A DNA stretch of 59,509 nucleotides, filler included. It is 4 parts of 4 records of this genome, joined end to end, with 100 filler letters (N's around TTAATTAATTAA, not from the genome) between each part and the next. Parts side by side here need not be neighbours in the genome. Positions count along the whole stretch, not along the records: positions 25,156 to 31,348 come from DRR723986_5499; positions 31,449 to 59,509 come from DRR723986_5505; 2 more parts are not named here. One strand, written 5' to 3'. The notes under the pieces are model-generated. The model saw nothing but the letters and a program-made list of their open reading frames with translations. It was not told the origin of the DNA and ran no database searches. Numbering within the stretch: the stretch's first letter is position 1; every line of letters starts with the position of its first letter. The position numbers and the translations under genes were made by a program. Below are positions 29,242-39,411 of the stretch, in pieces.

Positions 29242-29961
29242 ATGAATATCCGCACCAGACGTGACTCGATTTTACGCACCCTTCGTCGTAACGGCACCGC
29301 CACCATTGACACCCTAGCAGAAGAGGTGGGCGCATCGCGGCGCACGGTTTTGCGCGACATCAGCGCCCTTAGGGATGAAGGGTTTGTTATTCATTCCGAT
29401 GTGGGCCGTGGTGGCGGGCTGCAGCTTGATCCGCAATCAATGCAGACCACTGCGCGGCTTTCGGTTCCAGAGATCTTTGCGTTGTTGATCAGCGTGGCAG
29501 CCATGCGCGCGGCGGGGAACCTGCCGTTTTCAGAGTTGGCTGACGCGGGGCTTGCAAAGATCGAAAGGGCTTTGCCGTCTGATAAAGTAAAGGATTTGCG
29601 CGCTGTCTTAGAGTGTCTGCATATCGGTCAGCTGTCACCGCAGCAGGATCTGTCAGATGTGGGTAAAATTGATCCGATGCTCTTGTCTGTCTTTGAGGTT
29701 TGTTTTTTGCAAAGGCAATGTCTTTGCTTCGATTATCAGGATGCAAAGGGGTGCAAGACAGACCGCGAAGTTGAACCGCAGGCGATGCTTATCCTGCCGC
29801 CGCTCTGGTATCTCGTCGGTTGGGATCCGCTCCGTTGTGATTTTCGCCATTTTCGGATGGATCGCATTAGCAACCCAGCACCAAAGGAAAACAGCAGCTT
29901 TCGCCGTCGGCATGTCCCGTTCGAAGAGGATGTATGCCCGTATAGCGAACGCACGTATTGA
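29242..29961 (+). CDS. HTH-WYL transcriptional regulator (YafY-like)
   Basis: LAEEVGASRRTVLRDI..L; Y.D..G..T.R.VEP, WYLVGWD..R.DFRHFRMDRI. Confidence 0.93.
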   Translation: MNIRTRRDSILRTLRRNGTATIDTLAEEVGASRRTVLRDISALRDEGFVIHSDVGRGGGLQLDPQSMQTTARLSVPEIFALLISVAAMRAAGNLPFSELADAGLAKIERALPSDKVKDLRAVLECLHIGQLSPQQDLSDVGKIDPMLLSVFEVCFLQRQCLCFDYQDAKGCKTDREVEPQAMLILPPLWYLVGWDPLRCDFRHFRMDRISNPAPKENSSFRRRHVPFEEDVCPYSERTY

Positions 29962-29973
29962 GACTGTCTAAGC

Positions 29974-30023
29974 AAAAGGGCGTGGGCAGCCCGAGGTGCT
30001 AAAACCCCTGACTGCCCACGCCC
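29974..30023 (-). terminator. Terminator hairpin downstream of tctA
   Basis: GGGCGTGGGCAG...CTGCCCACGCCC 12-bp stem with a U-run on the minus strand. Confidence 0.65.
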
Positions 30024-30057
30024 GCGATAGAAACCGTCAGGGCATGTGCCGCGATTT

Positions 30058-31348
30058 TTAATCTCCGTCTGCTACACCTTGGGTGCGCAGCCGGGCACGG
30101 CGCGCACGATAGCTGGGCAGAACAACCAAGAGCCCCGCAATCACGAGTAGGCCAAGCGTCATCGGACGCTCCCAAATAAAGCCAATACCATCATACAACT
30201 GCATCGACCGGGCAAAGTTATCTTCGAGCATGCCACCCAGAATGAACCCAATCAGCAGAGGTGCGAGCGGATAATCGGCAAAGCGCAAAGCGGTTGCACA
30301 CACACCAAAGCCAACCAACAACAGCAATTCAGTGGCGTTGTTCTGCCCGATATAGGCCCCCATCAATGTGAAGAAGAGGATAAACGGGATCAGATAGTTG
30401 CGCGGGATCGACAGAACCTTGGCGATGTAAGGGATCAACGGCAGGTTCAGGATCAACAGCACCAGATTGCCAATGAACATCGACATGATGACGGCCCAAA
30501 AGATCTGTGGCTCATCAATCATCAGACGCGGACCGGGGGTGACGTTAAGCGCGATCAGCGCCCCCAACAGGATCGCCGTTGTCCCCGAGCCGGGAATGCC
30601 GAGCGTCAGCAACGGCACAAACGATCCGGTACAAGCCGCATTGTTGGCGGTCTCAGGTGCCGCGAGACCTTTGATAGATCCCTTACCGAACTCCTCCTGC
30701 TCTTCCTTGGTGGCGATATTGCGTTCGACTGCGTAGCCTAAGAAACTGGCAATCGTCGCCCCCGCACCCGGCAAAACACCGATAAAAAAGCCCTGAAGCG
30801 ATTGGCGCCCAATGACGGGGGCAATGGCCTTGGCCTCTGCCTTGGTGATGCGCAGGTCTTTGATTTCACCATCTTGCTCAGCTTGGGCTGTCTTGGGCTT
30901 GAGGACAAGAAACAAGGCTTCGGGCAACGCGAACATCGCCATCGCGAGGGTCACAAACCCAAAACCAGACTGAAGATCCATGATCCCCATTGTGAAGCGC
31001 GGTAAGTTGAACAAAGCCCCCTCGCCGACCGTTGCCATGATCAGCCCGACGATGGTCATTATCAGTGCCTTGGCAACCTGTCCGGTGCCTGCAAAGGCCG
31101 CGATGGCCGATAGGCCCACGACCATCAGCGCGAAATACTCGGCGGAATGGAATAGCAAAGCGACAGAAGACAGCGCGGGCGCAAAAATCATCAAGAGCAG
31201 CGCCCCAATGCTGCCACCGGCAAAGCTGGCAATCGCGGCGATGGTCAGCGCCTTGCCCGCCTTGCCCTGTTTGGCCATCGGATATCCGTCAAAACTTGAC
31301 GCCACCGTACCCGCAACGCCCGGTGCATTCAGCAGGATCGAGGATGTC
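30058..31348 (-). CDS. tctA: Tripartite tricarboxylate transporter TctA, 5' truncated
   Basis: FDGYPMA.QG.AG.AL, LPGAGA, APETANNA, PLLTLGIPGS, PGP. Confidence 0.93.
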
Positions 31349-31448
31349 NNNNNNNNNNNNNNNNNNNNNNNNNNNNNNNNNNNNNNNNNNNNTTAATTAA
31401 TTAANNNNNNNNNNNNNNNNNNNNNNNNNNNNNNNNNNNNNNNNNNNN
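31349..31448. other. Artificial contig linker
   Basis: 44 N + TTAATTAATTAA + 44 N. Confidence 0.99.
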
Positions 31449-32023
31449 GCTTCATAGTAGTCGCTGGAGATGTTTCGAAGGCCCGCGATGAACAGAAGCA
31501 CGTTGAAGCCATTGGTCCACCAGATGGTCACCGTGGCGACTGTCGGCATGACCCAATAGGGGTTCTTGAAGACCGGTACCGGTTTGCCGGTAAAGAACGC
31601 GAACACCGGCTGCAGCACGCCAAACTGGAAGTCCAGCATCCAGGCCCAGATTTGCGTCACCACCGACACGGGCAGAATGTAGGGAAGAAAGAAAAGCGCG
31701 AGGATCAGCGCCTGAAGCGGCCCCTTGAGGCGCGTGATCATCATTGCAATGGCAAGGGCCAGTGCGGTCGTTGGAACGACGGTCAGGAGAACGAAATAAC
31801 CGTTGTTCTTCAAAGATGTATAGAAGAGGTTGTCGGTAAGCAGCCGTTTGAAATTGGCAAGGCCGACCCATTCCCCCGGACCGATCAGGGGCGCGTTGGT
31901 GAAGCTCAGCTCGATCATCCGGATCGTCGGATAGAGAAAGACCAGCACGAAGGTCAGGACAAAGGGCGCGATGAGCGTCATGGCGACCGCCACTTCCCTG
32001 CGCCGGTTGGTAATCATGGCCAC
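31449..32023 (-). CDS. Carbohydrate ABC permease, 3' truncated
   Basis: WVGLANF, FFLPYIL, AGLRNI...YEA (EAA motif). Confidence 0.9.
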
Positions 32024-32053
32024 TTGAATTATCGTCCTTTTCTCGCCGCAGGA

Positions 32054-32089
32054 GACGCCAGCCGCATAGGGGTGCGTGCGGCAGGCGTC
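32054..32089. repeat. Stem-loop between SBP and permease genes
   Basis: GACGCC-A-GCCGCA ... TGCGGC-A-GGCGTC. Confidence 0.55.
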
Positions 32090-32106
32090 CCGGGCAAAGC
32101 CTTCGT

Positions 32107-33378
32107 CTATTGAAGCTTCGACTGAAGCTCGTCTTTCATCTGCTGTGCTGCCTGTGCAGGCTCCAGATAACCATGCATGGCGGGCGAGATGATGTTGATG
32201 GCTGCGTCATAGACAGGCGAGGCTACTCCTGCGATCGGCGACCTTGGATCGTAGGCCGCGGTTTCAGCGAGTGACGAATAGGTGGCGTTGGGTTCCATTT
32301 CCCCGAATTCATCGCTGGTCGCGACAGGTTTGTAGGCTGGAATATGTCCTGCCCCGGCCCAGGAGATCGAGTTCTTCTCCATCCAGCCGATTGCGGTCAT
32401 CACCGCCGCGCGTTTTTCCGGGCTCATTTCCGTTCCCTGAGGAATGGCGAAGGCGTGGGAATCCGCCCAGGTGGCCGTGGTTCCAAGCAGCGTCGGAATT
32501 TGTACCGCACCCCAGTCGAACCCGAGCGTTCCCTTTTCCGCCATGTCGACCATGGTCGGCACTTCCCAGACGCCGTTCATGTGAAAGGCGGCCTTGCCGG
32601 ACGTGAACAACGCAACGGAGGCTTCGTATTCGGCCTGCTCCGGCTGCCATCCCTGCTTGTGCCAGTTGGTCATGATCTCGATGGCATTGGCGGCCTTGTC
32701 CAGATTGTCGCCTGCCAGAACCTCGCCATCGGTGATCAGCTCGCCGCCTTGCTGCTTGAGCAGCGTGAAGAAGACCCGGTAGGTGCCGCCGTCGTCACCC
32801 GTTGCGTAGGAGACGGGTGCTTCGGAGCCGTTTTCCTTGGCAAGCGCAAGCGCTTCCTCGAAATCGGCAAGGCTTTCAATGCCGGTCAGGTTGCCCTGGT
32901 CATCGAGGAAGCGGGATCCTTCGAAATAGGTCTTGTTTACGTAGAGCACGATCGCGTGAATATCGAACGGCACTGCATGGAGCTTGCCGTCCGCATCGCT
33001 CGCGGCGGCAATGGCTGCCGGGAAAAAGTCATCCTTGCTGAGACCGGCGGTGGCAAGATCTTCATCACTGATCACGTCCAGCACATTTTCCTCAAGCCCG
33101 AGCGGCATGCGCGACAGGTGATAGGTCATCACGTCCGGGCCCTGGCCAACGGCAACGGAAGTGCGCACCTTGGTGTAGAAGGGCACGCCCCATTCCAGAG
33201 TGGTTCCGTTGATCTTGATGTCCGGATGCTCTTCGTTGAAGCGTGCGATCAACGCTTTCATGCGAACGCCGTCACCACCGCTCAGAAAGTCCCACCAGGT
33301 GATGTCCTGCTGGGCAAATGCCGGCAGGCTGGCAAGGCTCATCGCCCCCGCTGCCAGAAGTGTCTTAAGGTATTTCAT
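32107..33378 (-). CDS. Sugar ABC substrate-binding protein
   Basis: Signal peptide AFA-Q; WWDFLSGGDG, AVPFDIH, NGVW, WADSH. Confidence 0.9.
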   Translation of the reverse strand: MKYLKTLLAAGAMSLASLPAFAQQDITWWDFLSGGDGVRMKALIARFNEEHPDIKINGTTLEWGVPFYTKVRTSVAVGQGPDVMTYHLSRMPLGLEENVLDVISDEDLATAGLSKDDFFPAAIAAASDADGKLHAVPFDIHAIVLYVNKTYFEGSRFLDDQGNLTGIESLADFEEALALAKENGSEAPVSYATGDDGGTYRVFFTLLKQQGGELITDGEVLAGDNLDKAANAIEIMTNWHKQGWQPEQAEYEASVALFTSGKAAFHMNGVWEVPTMVDMAEKGTLGFDWGAVQIPTLLGTTATWADSHAFAIPQGTEMSPEKRAAVMTAIGWMEKNSISWAGAGHIPAYKPVATSDEFGEMEPNATYSSLAETAAYDPRSPIAGVASPVYDAAINIISPAMHGYLEPAQAAQQMKDELQSKLQ

Positions 33379-33452
33379 CGACTCTTCCTCCCGTATGAAA
33401 AACCGGCATTTCCCATCAAGGCCGGTTCAAAGGTACCAGGCAGACTGAAGGT

Positions 33453-34523
33453 CTACCGAATACGCTGGTCCTGCTCGTTGAAGACCAGAACCTGTTCCGG
33501 CGTGCAGGTGAGCTTGATTGCCTCACCACCCCCGGCATGGCGGCTGCCGCGCCATTCAACGACAATCTCGCGGCCGTCCGGCATATGCGTGTGCAGGTAG
33601 GAAACACCTCCCAGGTCCTCCGCCATTTCCACGGTCACGGGAATGCCCGTGTCCGCGCTGGTCAGGTGTTCCGGACGCAGTCCGACGGTGATCCGGCTGT
33701 CGGCCGGAAGATCGCCGGAAACTTTCGCCTGCAGGACTGCGTCCGTTCCGTTGATGGCAATGCGCAGGCAATCGCCTTCCCGGCCGAGCACCGTTGCCGG
33801 CAGAAAGTTCATGGCCGGCGATCCGATGAAACCGGCGACGAATTTGTTGTCGGGGTCGTCGTAGAGATCGAGCGGCTTTCCGGCCTGCTGCACGACGCCC
33901 TGTTTCAGGACGAAGATCCGGTCGGCCAGTGTCATGGCCTCCACCTGATCGTGGGTGACATAGATCATCGTCGCGCCGATCTGCTTGTGCAGCCGGGCAA
34001 GTTCCAGCCGCATCTGGACGCGCAATTCCGCATCCAGGTTCGACAAAGGCTCATCAAACAAAAACACCTTGGGCTGGCGCACGATCGCCCGTCCGATCGC
34101 AACCCGCTGACGCTGGCCGCCGGACAGTTGAGACGGTTTCTTCTGCAGCTGTTCCTCAAGCTGGAGGATGCGGGCCGCTTCCATCACCTTGTCGTGCACG
34201 TCCTGTTTCGGCGCCCGTTTCAGACGCATGGAAAAGGCCATGTTGTCGAAGACGGAAAGATGCGGATAAAGCGCATAGGACTGGAAGACCATGGCAACGC
34301 CGCGTTTGGCCGGTTCCTGCCAGGTCACATCGGTGCCTTCGATCGAGATCTTGCCGCCGCTTGTGTCCTCAAGGCCTGCGATCATCCTCAGCAATGTCGA
34401 TTTTCCGCAGCCGGATGGACCGACAAAGACCGCGAATTCACCCGTCGGAATGTCCATGCTGACATCATGGATCACCCCGACCGGGCCGAAGACCTTGCGT
34501 ATGTTGCGAAGCTGAACCCCCAT
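33453..34523 (-). CDS. Sugar ABC ATPase (MalK/UgpC-like)
   Basis: GPSGCGKST, VFQSYALYPH, LSGGQRQR, DEPLSNLD. Confidence 0.95.
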   Translation of the reverse strand: MGVQLRNIRKVFGPVGVIHDVSMDIPTGEFAVFVGPSGCGKSTLLRMIAGLEDTSGGKISIEGTDVTWQEPAKRGVAMVFQSYALYPHLSVFDNMAFSMRLKRAPKQDVHDKVMEAARILQLEEQLQKKPSQLSGGQRQRVAIGRAIVRQPKVFLFDEPLSNLDAELRVQMRLELARLHKQIGATMIYVTHDQVEAMTLADRIFVLKQGVVQQAGKPLDLYDDPDNKFVAGFIGSPAMNFLPATVLGREGDCLRIAINGTDAVLQAKVSGDLPADSRITVGLRPEHLTSADTGIPVTVEMAEDLGGVSYLHTHMPDGREIVVEWRGSRHAGGGEAIKLTCTPEQVLVFNEQDQRIR

Positions 34524-34536
34524 TGCATGGATCCCC

Positions 34537-36054
34537 TCAGCCGACGCTCAACCGCAGGACATGATAGGAAAGCGGCGCAAGCTTGCCCTTGAGCTGACCA
34601 TCCTCCACGCCAACGCCTGTCCCCTTGCCGGGAACCACGTTGTCCGGCTTGTCCGGACCGTTGGTGTCATTGAGGCCGTAGCCTTCCATGGACAGATGTT
34701 CGGCCAGGGACGGCGAGCCGAAACCCGTCAAGGACACGTCGAGATCGGCCGTTTCGGTCAGATGCCGGTTCAGGATGAAAAGTGTCAGTGTGCCTGCTGC
34801 CTTGTCGTGTACCCCGGCAACGTCGAGGTAGCAGACGTCGTCGGCAACGGAACAGTCGTAGGTCGGTGCATCCACGGCAACGTTCAGCGCATCGCCGCGG
34901 CCGTAAAGAGACGCGAACTGATAGGGGTAATAGATGGTCTGACGCCAGGCGGGCCCGCCCTTTTCCGCCCGGATCGGGGCGATTACGTTGACCAGCTGGG
35001 CAATACAGGCAATACGCACACGGTCGGAGCGGCGGATGAACTCGTTGAGCAGGCCGGCGACAAAGAGAGCGTCCTCGAAGTTGTAGTTCTCTTCAAGCAG
35101 CGGCGGTGCTTCCGGCCAGTCCCATTCCTTGATGCGGCGGCTGTCGTCCTCGCGGATGTGGTACCACACATTCCACTCGTCGAAGCAGATATGGACGTCG
35201 TTCTTCGCACGCTTCTTGGACTTCACGTAGTCGATGACACCGCCAATGGTCTGGATGTAGCGGCCGGTTTCCTCGATCTTGCCGAAGTAGTTGAGCGTGT
35301 CCTTGCTCTTGTTGCCGAAATACTTGTGCAGCGAGATGTAGTCGACGTTCTCGTAGCACTCTTCCAGGACTTCGCGTTCCCATTCGGGATAGGTGGGCAT
35401 GCGGTCGTTTGAACTGCCGCAGACGACTGCCTCGATTGTCGGGTCAAAGCCTTTGAACGCCTTGGCCGTCTCGTTGGCCAGCCGGCCGTATTCCGTGGCG
35501 ACCTTGTGGCCGATCTGCCAGGGGCCGTCCATTTCGTTGCCGAGGCACCACATCTTGACCCCGTAAGGATCCTCGCGGCCATTGGAACGGCGCAGGTCGG
35601 ACCATTGGGTGCCACCGGGAAAATTCACATATTCCAGGAAGTTGCGTGCCTCTTCCAGACCACGCGAACCCAGGTTGACGGCCAGCATCATCTCGATGCC
35701 TGCCTGTTCCGCCCAGATTGCGAAATCGTCGATGCCGACCTGGTTGGTTTCCTTGCTGCGCCAGGCAAGATCGAGGCGGACGGGGCGCTTGTCCTTCGGG
35801 CCGATACCATCTTCCCAGTTGTAGGCGGAAACGAAGTTGCCGCCCGGGTAACGAATGGCCGGGATCCTGAGGTCCTGTACGAATTTCAGCACGTCCTTGC
35901 GAAAGCCGTTGGCATCGGCCTGCGGATGGTCAGGTTCATAAATGCCGGAATAGATCGCCCGTCCCATGTGTTCAATGAATGCGGAATAAAGCCGCTCATC
36001 GATGGAACTGATCCGGAAATCCCGATGCACGGTGACGCGTGCCTTCATTCGCAT
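34537..36054 (-). CDS. abfA: Alpha-L-arabinofuranosidase, GH51
   Basis: FIEHMGR, RYPGGNF, WCLGNEMDG, ISLHKY, FDEWNVW, AQLVNVI. Confidence 0.93.
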   Translation of the reverse strand: MRMKARVTVHRDFRISSIDERLYSAFIEHMGRAIYSGIYEPDHPQADANGFRKDVLKFVQDLRIPAIRYPGGNFVSAYNWEDGIGPKDKRPVRLDLAWRSKETNQVGIDDFAIWAEQAGIEMMLAVNLGSRGLEEARNFLEYVNFPGGTQWSDLRRSNGREDPYGVKMWCLGNEMDGPWQIGHKVATEYGRLANETAKAFKGFDPTIEAVVCGSSNDRMPTYPEWEREVLEECYENVDYISLHKYFGNKSKDTLNYFGKIEETGRYIQTIGGVIDYVKSKKRAKNDVHICFDEWNVWYHIREDDSRRIKEWDWPEAPPLLEENYNFEDALFVAGLLNEFIRRSDRVRIACIAQLVNVIAPIRAEKGGPAWRQTIYYPYQFASLYGRGDALNVAVDAPTYDCSVADDVCYLDVAGVHDKAAGTLTLFILNRHLTETADLDVSLTGFGSPSLAEHLSMEGYGLNDTNGPDKPDNVVPGKGTGVGVEDGQLKGKLAPLSYHVLRLSVG

Positions 36055-36068
36055 TCTCCCAGAAATAT

Positions 36069-36087
36069 ATATCGAATAAATCGATAT
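36069..36087. promoter_or_regulatory. Operator TATCG-N7-CGATA upstream of the GH51 operon
   Basis: ATATCGAATAAATCGATAT; the same core recurs at 37167-37183. Confidence 0.7.
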
Positions 36088-36199
36088 GAATCTTTATTTC
36101 TGATAAGAATGCGAGCTTGGCGAAAATTGTCAACTGGACAATGTTGTTGCGGTGCAACCAGAAGTGAATGTCCGCACGTCTTTTCAAGTGCAGTTTCGG

Positions 36200-37129
36200 T
36201 CAATTGCGGGTGTGCAGCCGCAAAATAATGTCCTGGTCGTAATTGCCGAAACCGCGGCCGAAGACGTTGATTCCGCCCGGGTGCCGCCCTTCGGCCTTTA
36301 CCTCAATCTTCAACCGAACCGACCGGTGCTCGTCGAGTTGGAGGTCTTCTGTCTTGATATCGGAGATCTTGTGACCATCCACGAAGGTGCCGTTCCTGCC
36401 GACGCTCCAGGTCTTCAGCATGCCGTATTGCGAACCGGAAAGCTTCCACCAGTCGGGTGTGTAGGCCCCGCGCTTGTCGCCGAAATCACCCGGGGACGTC
36501 CAGACGCCGATCTCCTTGCCGTTGATCGACAGGACGATGTCGGAGGGCCAGTTGCTCATGGTGCCCGGCACCTCGGAACTCACCTCCATCACGACGTCCA
36601 GACCGTCGATCTGCTTGCCCGTCAGCTTGGCGTTGTTGGGGAACTGATATTCGACGAAGCCACTGGTAAACCACAACAAAGCCGTTTTCATCCGCTCCGG
36701 ATCCATGAAAGTTTCCGGCACATCGAGAAGGCCGATGATCCCTTCGGTCGAGCAGATGCCGCAAGGAGCAGTGACGAGGCTGTTGGTGTAAAGGCCGAGC
36801 GGCATCGATACTTCGATCTGGTTCGGCTCGATGCGTTCTTCCGACGATCGGAAGGCCAGGATGATCTCATCGTAGATGGCGAAGGTCGTCTTCTGGCTGC
36901 CCTTCTTCGCCCGCTGCACTTCCGTTCGCACCAGGCCTGCTTCTTCCAGAACCTGGATGTGGGTGGAGACGGAGGATTGCGGCATGCCGGAAGCTTCCGA
37001 AAGCGCGTTGATGTTCATCCCGGGTGTCCGTACCAGCTCCTGCAACAGGTGCAGGCGAGGCTGGGAAGCGATCGCCTTCATGGCGATCTTGTCCTTGACG
37101 GGATCGACGATCAGAAAATTTGCGCGCAT
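36200..37129 (-). CDS. ArsR-HTH family regulator associated with arabinose/arabinan loci
   Basis: KAIAS..RL..L HTH; PCGI, LWF..GFVEY.FP, WPSDI, SPGDFG..RG..TP.WW...SQYG. Confidence 0.85.
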   Translation of the reverse strand: MRANFLIVDPVKDKIAMKAIASQPRLHLLQELVRTPGMNINALSEASGMPQSSVSTHIQVLEEAGLVRTEVQRAKKGSQKTTFAIYDEIILAFRSSEERIEPNQIEVSMPLGLYTNSLVTAPCGICSTEGIIGLLDVPETFMDPERMKTALLWFTSGFVEYQFPNNAKLTGKQIDGLDVVMEVSSEVPGTMSNWPSDIVLSINGKEIGVWTSPGDFGDKRGAYTPDWWKLSGSQYGMLKTWSVGRNGTFVDGHKISDIKTEDLQLDEHRSVRLKIEVKAEGRHPGGINVFGRGFGNYDQDIILRLHTRN

Positions 37130-37166
37130 GGGTTGTTCCCGGCTGTAAATCTGGAACAACTATTTG

Positions 37167-37183
37167 TATCGCTTTTTTCGATA
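37167..37183. promoter_or_regulatory. Operator TATCG-N7-CGATA upstream of the ArsR-family gene
   Basis: TATCGCTTTTTTCGATA. Confidence 0.65.
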
Positions 37184-37275
37184 ATTACAATTGCTGTTTC
37201 ACTGCGCCGGTTCGCAAGACCGATTTGAACCATCCGGCAAACAGAGTGCAGGCCGCCGGCAGAGTTCTTGCAAAC

Positions 37276-38181
37276 TCAGGAATCCAGCCGCAGCTGGGTG
37301 AGGGCGCGCTTGATTTCGTTGCCGAGCAACCGTTCGGGCGGCGAGATGCCGGAAGACGCGGACATGACGACACCAATGCGCAGGTTGGACAGGATGTCAT
37401 GCATCAGTGGCACGAAGCGGAGAATGCCCTGGTCGATTTCGTCGATGAAACCGATCTTGGTGTAAAGGCCGAGGCCTCGGCCGGCCAGGATCATCTGTTT
37501 TGCCACATGCAAGGTGTCGGTAAAGCAGTTGGTCGAGAGGGCGGAGGACATGCCCGAGATTGCCTGATCAATGATCGAATTGCGGCCGCGCGCATCCACG
37601 GTGCGCACCATTTTCTGGCCGGAGAGTTCCTCTATGGCAAGGTTTGTTCGGCCCGCGAAGGGATGGTCGGATCGCATGATGATGCCGATCGGCGCGGTCT
37701 TGTCGGAAATAACCCGAACGTTTGGATGCAGATCGAAAGTGAAGGTGATGCCGATATCGGCGATCCCGCCCGCGACAGCGGTAATGATCTCGTCCGGCTG
37801 CGCGGTGGTGATCGAATAGGTGACCTGCGGATAGATCCGGTTGAAGTCGAGCAGGATACGGGGCAACAGGCCGTAGGTTACGGAATCGATGGCGGCAATG
37901 TTGAGGTGCCCGGACCGAAGGTCGCGGATATCGTCCAGCATGGTGCGGGTGCGTTCATAATCCTGCAGCGTCTTGCGGCAGTGTTCCAGGACGATGGCCC
38001 CCGCATCGGTCAGCGTCACGCCTTCAGGGGTGCGCTCGAACAGGCGAACACCCATCTCGTTCTCGGTGCTGATGATCTTCCGGTTCACCGTGGTGGAAGA
38101 CACGTTCAAAACCGCAGATGCCTTGCGGATGGAGCCCTGGCGAGCGACTTCGTCGAAATAACGCAGAAAATTCGAATGCAC
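37276..38181 (-). CDS. LysR family regulator
   Basis: YFDEVARQGSIRKAS..LNVS, LFER...V.LT.AG. Confidence 0.95.
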   Translation of the reverse strand: MHSNFLRYFDEVARQGSIRKASAVLNVSSTTVNRKIISTENEMGVRLFERTPEGVTLTDAGAIVLEHCRKTLQDYERTRTMLDDIRDLRSGHLNIAAIDSVTYGLLPRILLDFNRIYPQVTYSITTAQPDEIITAVAGGIADIGITFTFDLHPNVRVISDKTAPIGIIMRSDHPFAGRTNLAIEELSGQKMVRTVDARGRNSIIDQAISGMSSALSTNCFTDTLHVAKQMILAGRGLGLYTKIGFIDEIDQGILRFVPLMHDILSNLRIGVVMSASSGISPPERLLGNEIKRALTQLRLDS

Positions 38182-38227
38182 GATGTCCCCCCGGACAGAG
38201 TGGCAAACAGTGCATCACAAAGTGCGG

Positions 38228-38240
38228 TGCATTTTATGCA
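38228..38240. promoter_or_regulatory. LysR box T-N11-A
   Basis: TGCATTTTATGCA palindrome in the divergent intergenic region; further TGCATC copies nearby. Confidence 0.6.
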
Positions 38241-38363
38241 TCACCGTTAGCATGTTTTTGCACTTTTTGCACCGTGCATCTTCCCGTTAGAGTTCACTGT
38301 GAAGTCGGCAAGGGGAACAGTCGGCCACAAACCGCCCAATCTCAAATGAGGGGGACCAACAGT

Positions 38364-39407
38364 ATGTCATACCTATTCTCGAATGGATTGAACCGCCGCT
38401 CGATGCTCAAGACCATGGCCGCAGGCGCTGGTCTGGCAGGCGCCGGAACACTTGTGAATATCGTACCAGGCTTTGCTCAGGACACCTTCAAGGTTTCCAT
38501 GCAGCTCGGCTGGCTGGCCGGTAACGGCAACCTGGGAGAAATCGCGGCCGACAAGCTGGGCTATTTTGCGGAAGAAGGTCTTGAATTCGAAATCGTGCCG
38601 GGGGGGCCGAATGTCGATGGTGTGGCGTCCGTCGCTTCCGGGCGATCCAATCTCGGCCAGGTGTCTTCCAGCCCCTCTCTCATGCTGGCGCGTTCGGCGG
38701 GCATTCCGGTGAAATGTATTGCCGCCGGTTACCAGCAGCATCCCTACACGTATTTCTCGCTCAAGAAGAATCCGATCAAGACACCGCAGGACATGATCGG
38801 CAAGACCATCGGCACCCAGGCGACCGGACGGATCCTGTTCCGCGCGCTTCTGGCCAAGAACGGCATTTCCGAGGACCAGGTTGAACTGAAGGTCATCGGC
38901 AGTGACATGGCGCCGCTGCTGACGGGGCAGGTTGATGCGATTACCGGCTGGAAGACAAACGTCAACGCGCTTTCGATCCTTGGGGACCAGCGTGTCGACA
39001 TGTCCCTGTGGGATGCGGGCATCCAGCTTTATGCCAACCCCTTCTACACCACGGACACTGTGCTGAACGAGCATGGCGACAAGGTGCAGGCCATGATCCG
39101 CGCCATCTCGCGCGGCTGGGGCTGGGTTCGTGAGAACCAGGAAGAAGCCGTCAACTATCTGGTCGAGCGCCTGCCGAACCTGGACAGGGAAAGCGAACTG
39201 AAGGCGGTGCCGCTGGTGGTCGGATATTCCTTCAACGAAAAGACCGCCGAAAACGGCTGGGGCACCATGACCCGCGAAAACTGGCAGGCACAGATCGAGA
39301 CTTATGAAAATCTCGAGCAATTCGCGAACGGGGCGCCCGCCGTCGACGATGTGATGACGCTGTCGGTCCTGGAGAGCACCGCAGACAGCCGCCCAAAGGT
39401 CGGTTAA
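38364..39407 (+). CDS. NMT1/THI5-like ABC substrate-binding protein (Tat signal)
   Basis: LNRRSMLK twin-Arg; QLGW, GYFAEEGL, PGGP, GKTIG. Confidence 0.88.
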   Translation: MSYLFSNGLNRRSMLKTMAAGAGLAGAGTLVNIVPGFAQDTFKVSMQLGWLAGNGNLGEIAADKLGYFAEEGLEFEIVPGGPNVDGVASVASGRSNLGQVSSSPSLMLARSAGIPVKCIAAGYQQHPYTYFSLKKNPIKTPQDMIGKTIGTQATGRILFRALLAKNGISEDQVELKVIGSDMAPLLTGQVDAITGWKTNVNALSILGDQRVDMSLWDAGIQLYANPFYTTDTVLNEHGDKVQAMIRAISRGWGWVRENQEEAVNYLVERLPNLDRESELKAVPLVVGYSFNEKTAENGWGTMTRENWQAQIETYENLEQFANGAPAVDDVMTLSVLESTADSRPKVG

Positions 39408-39411
39408 GGCC

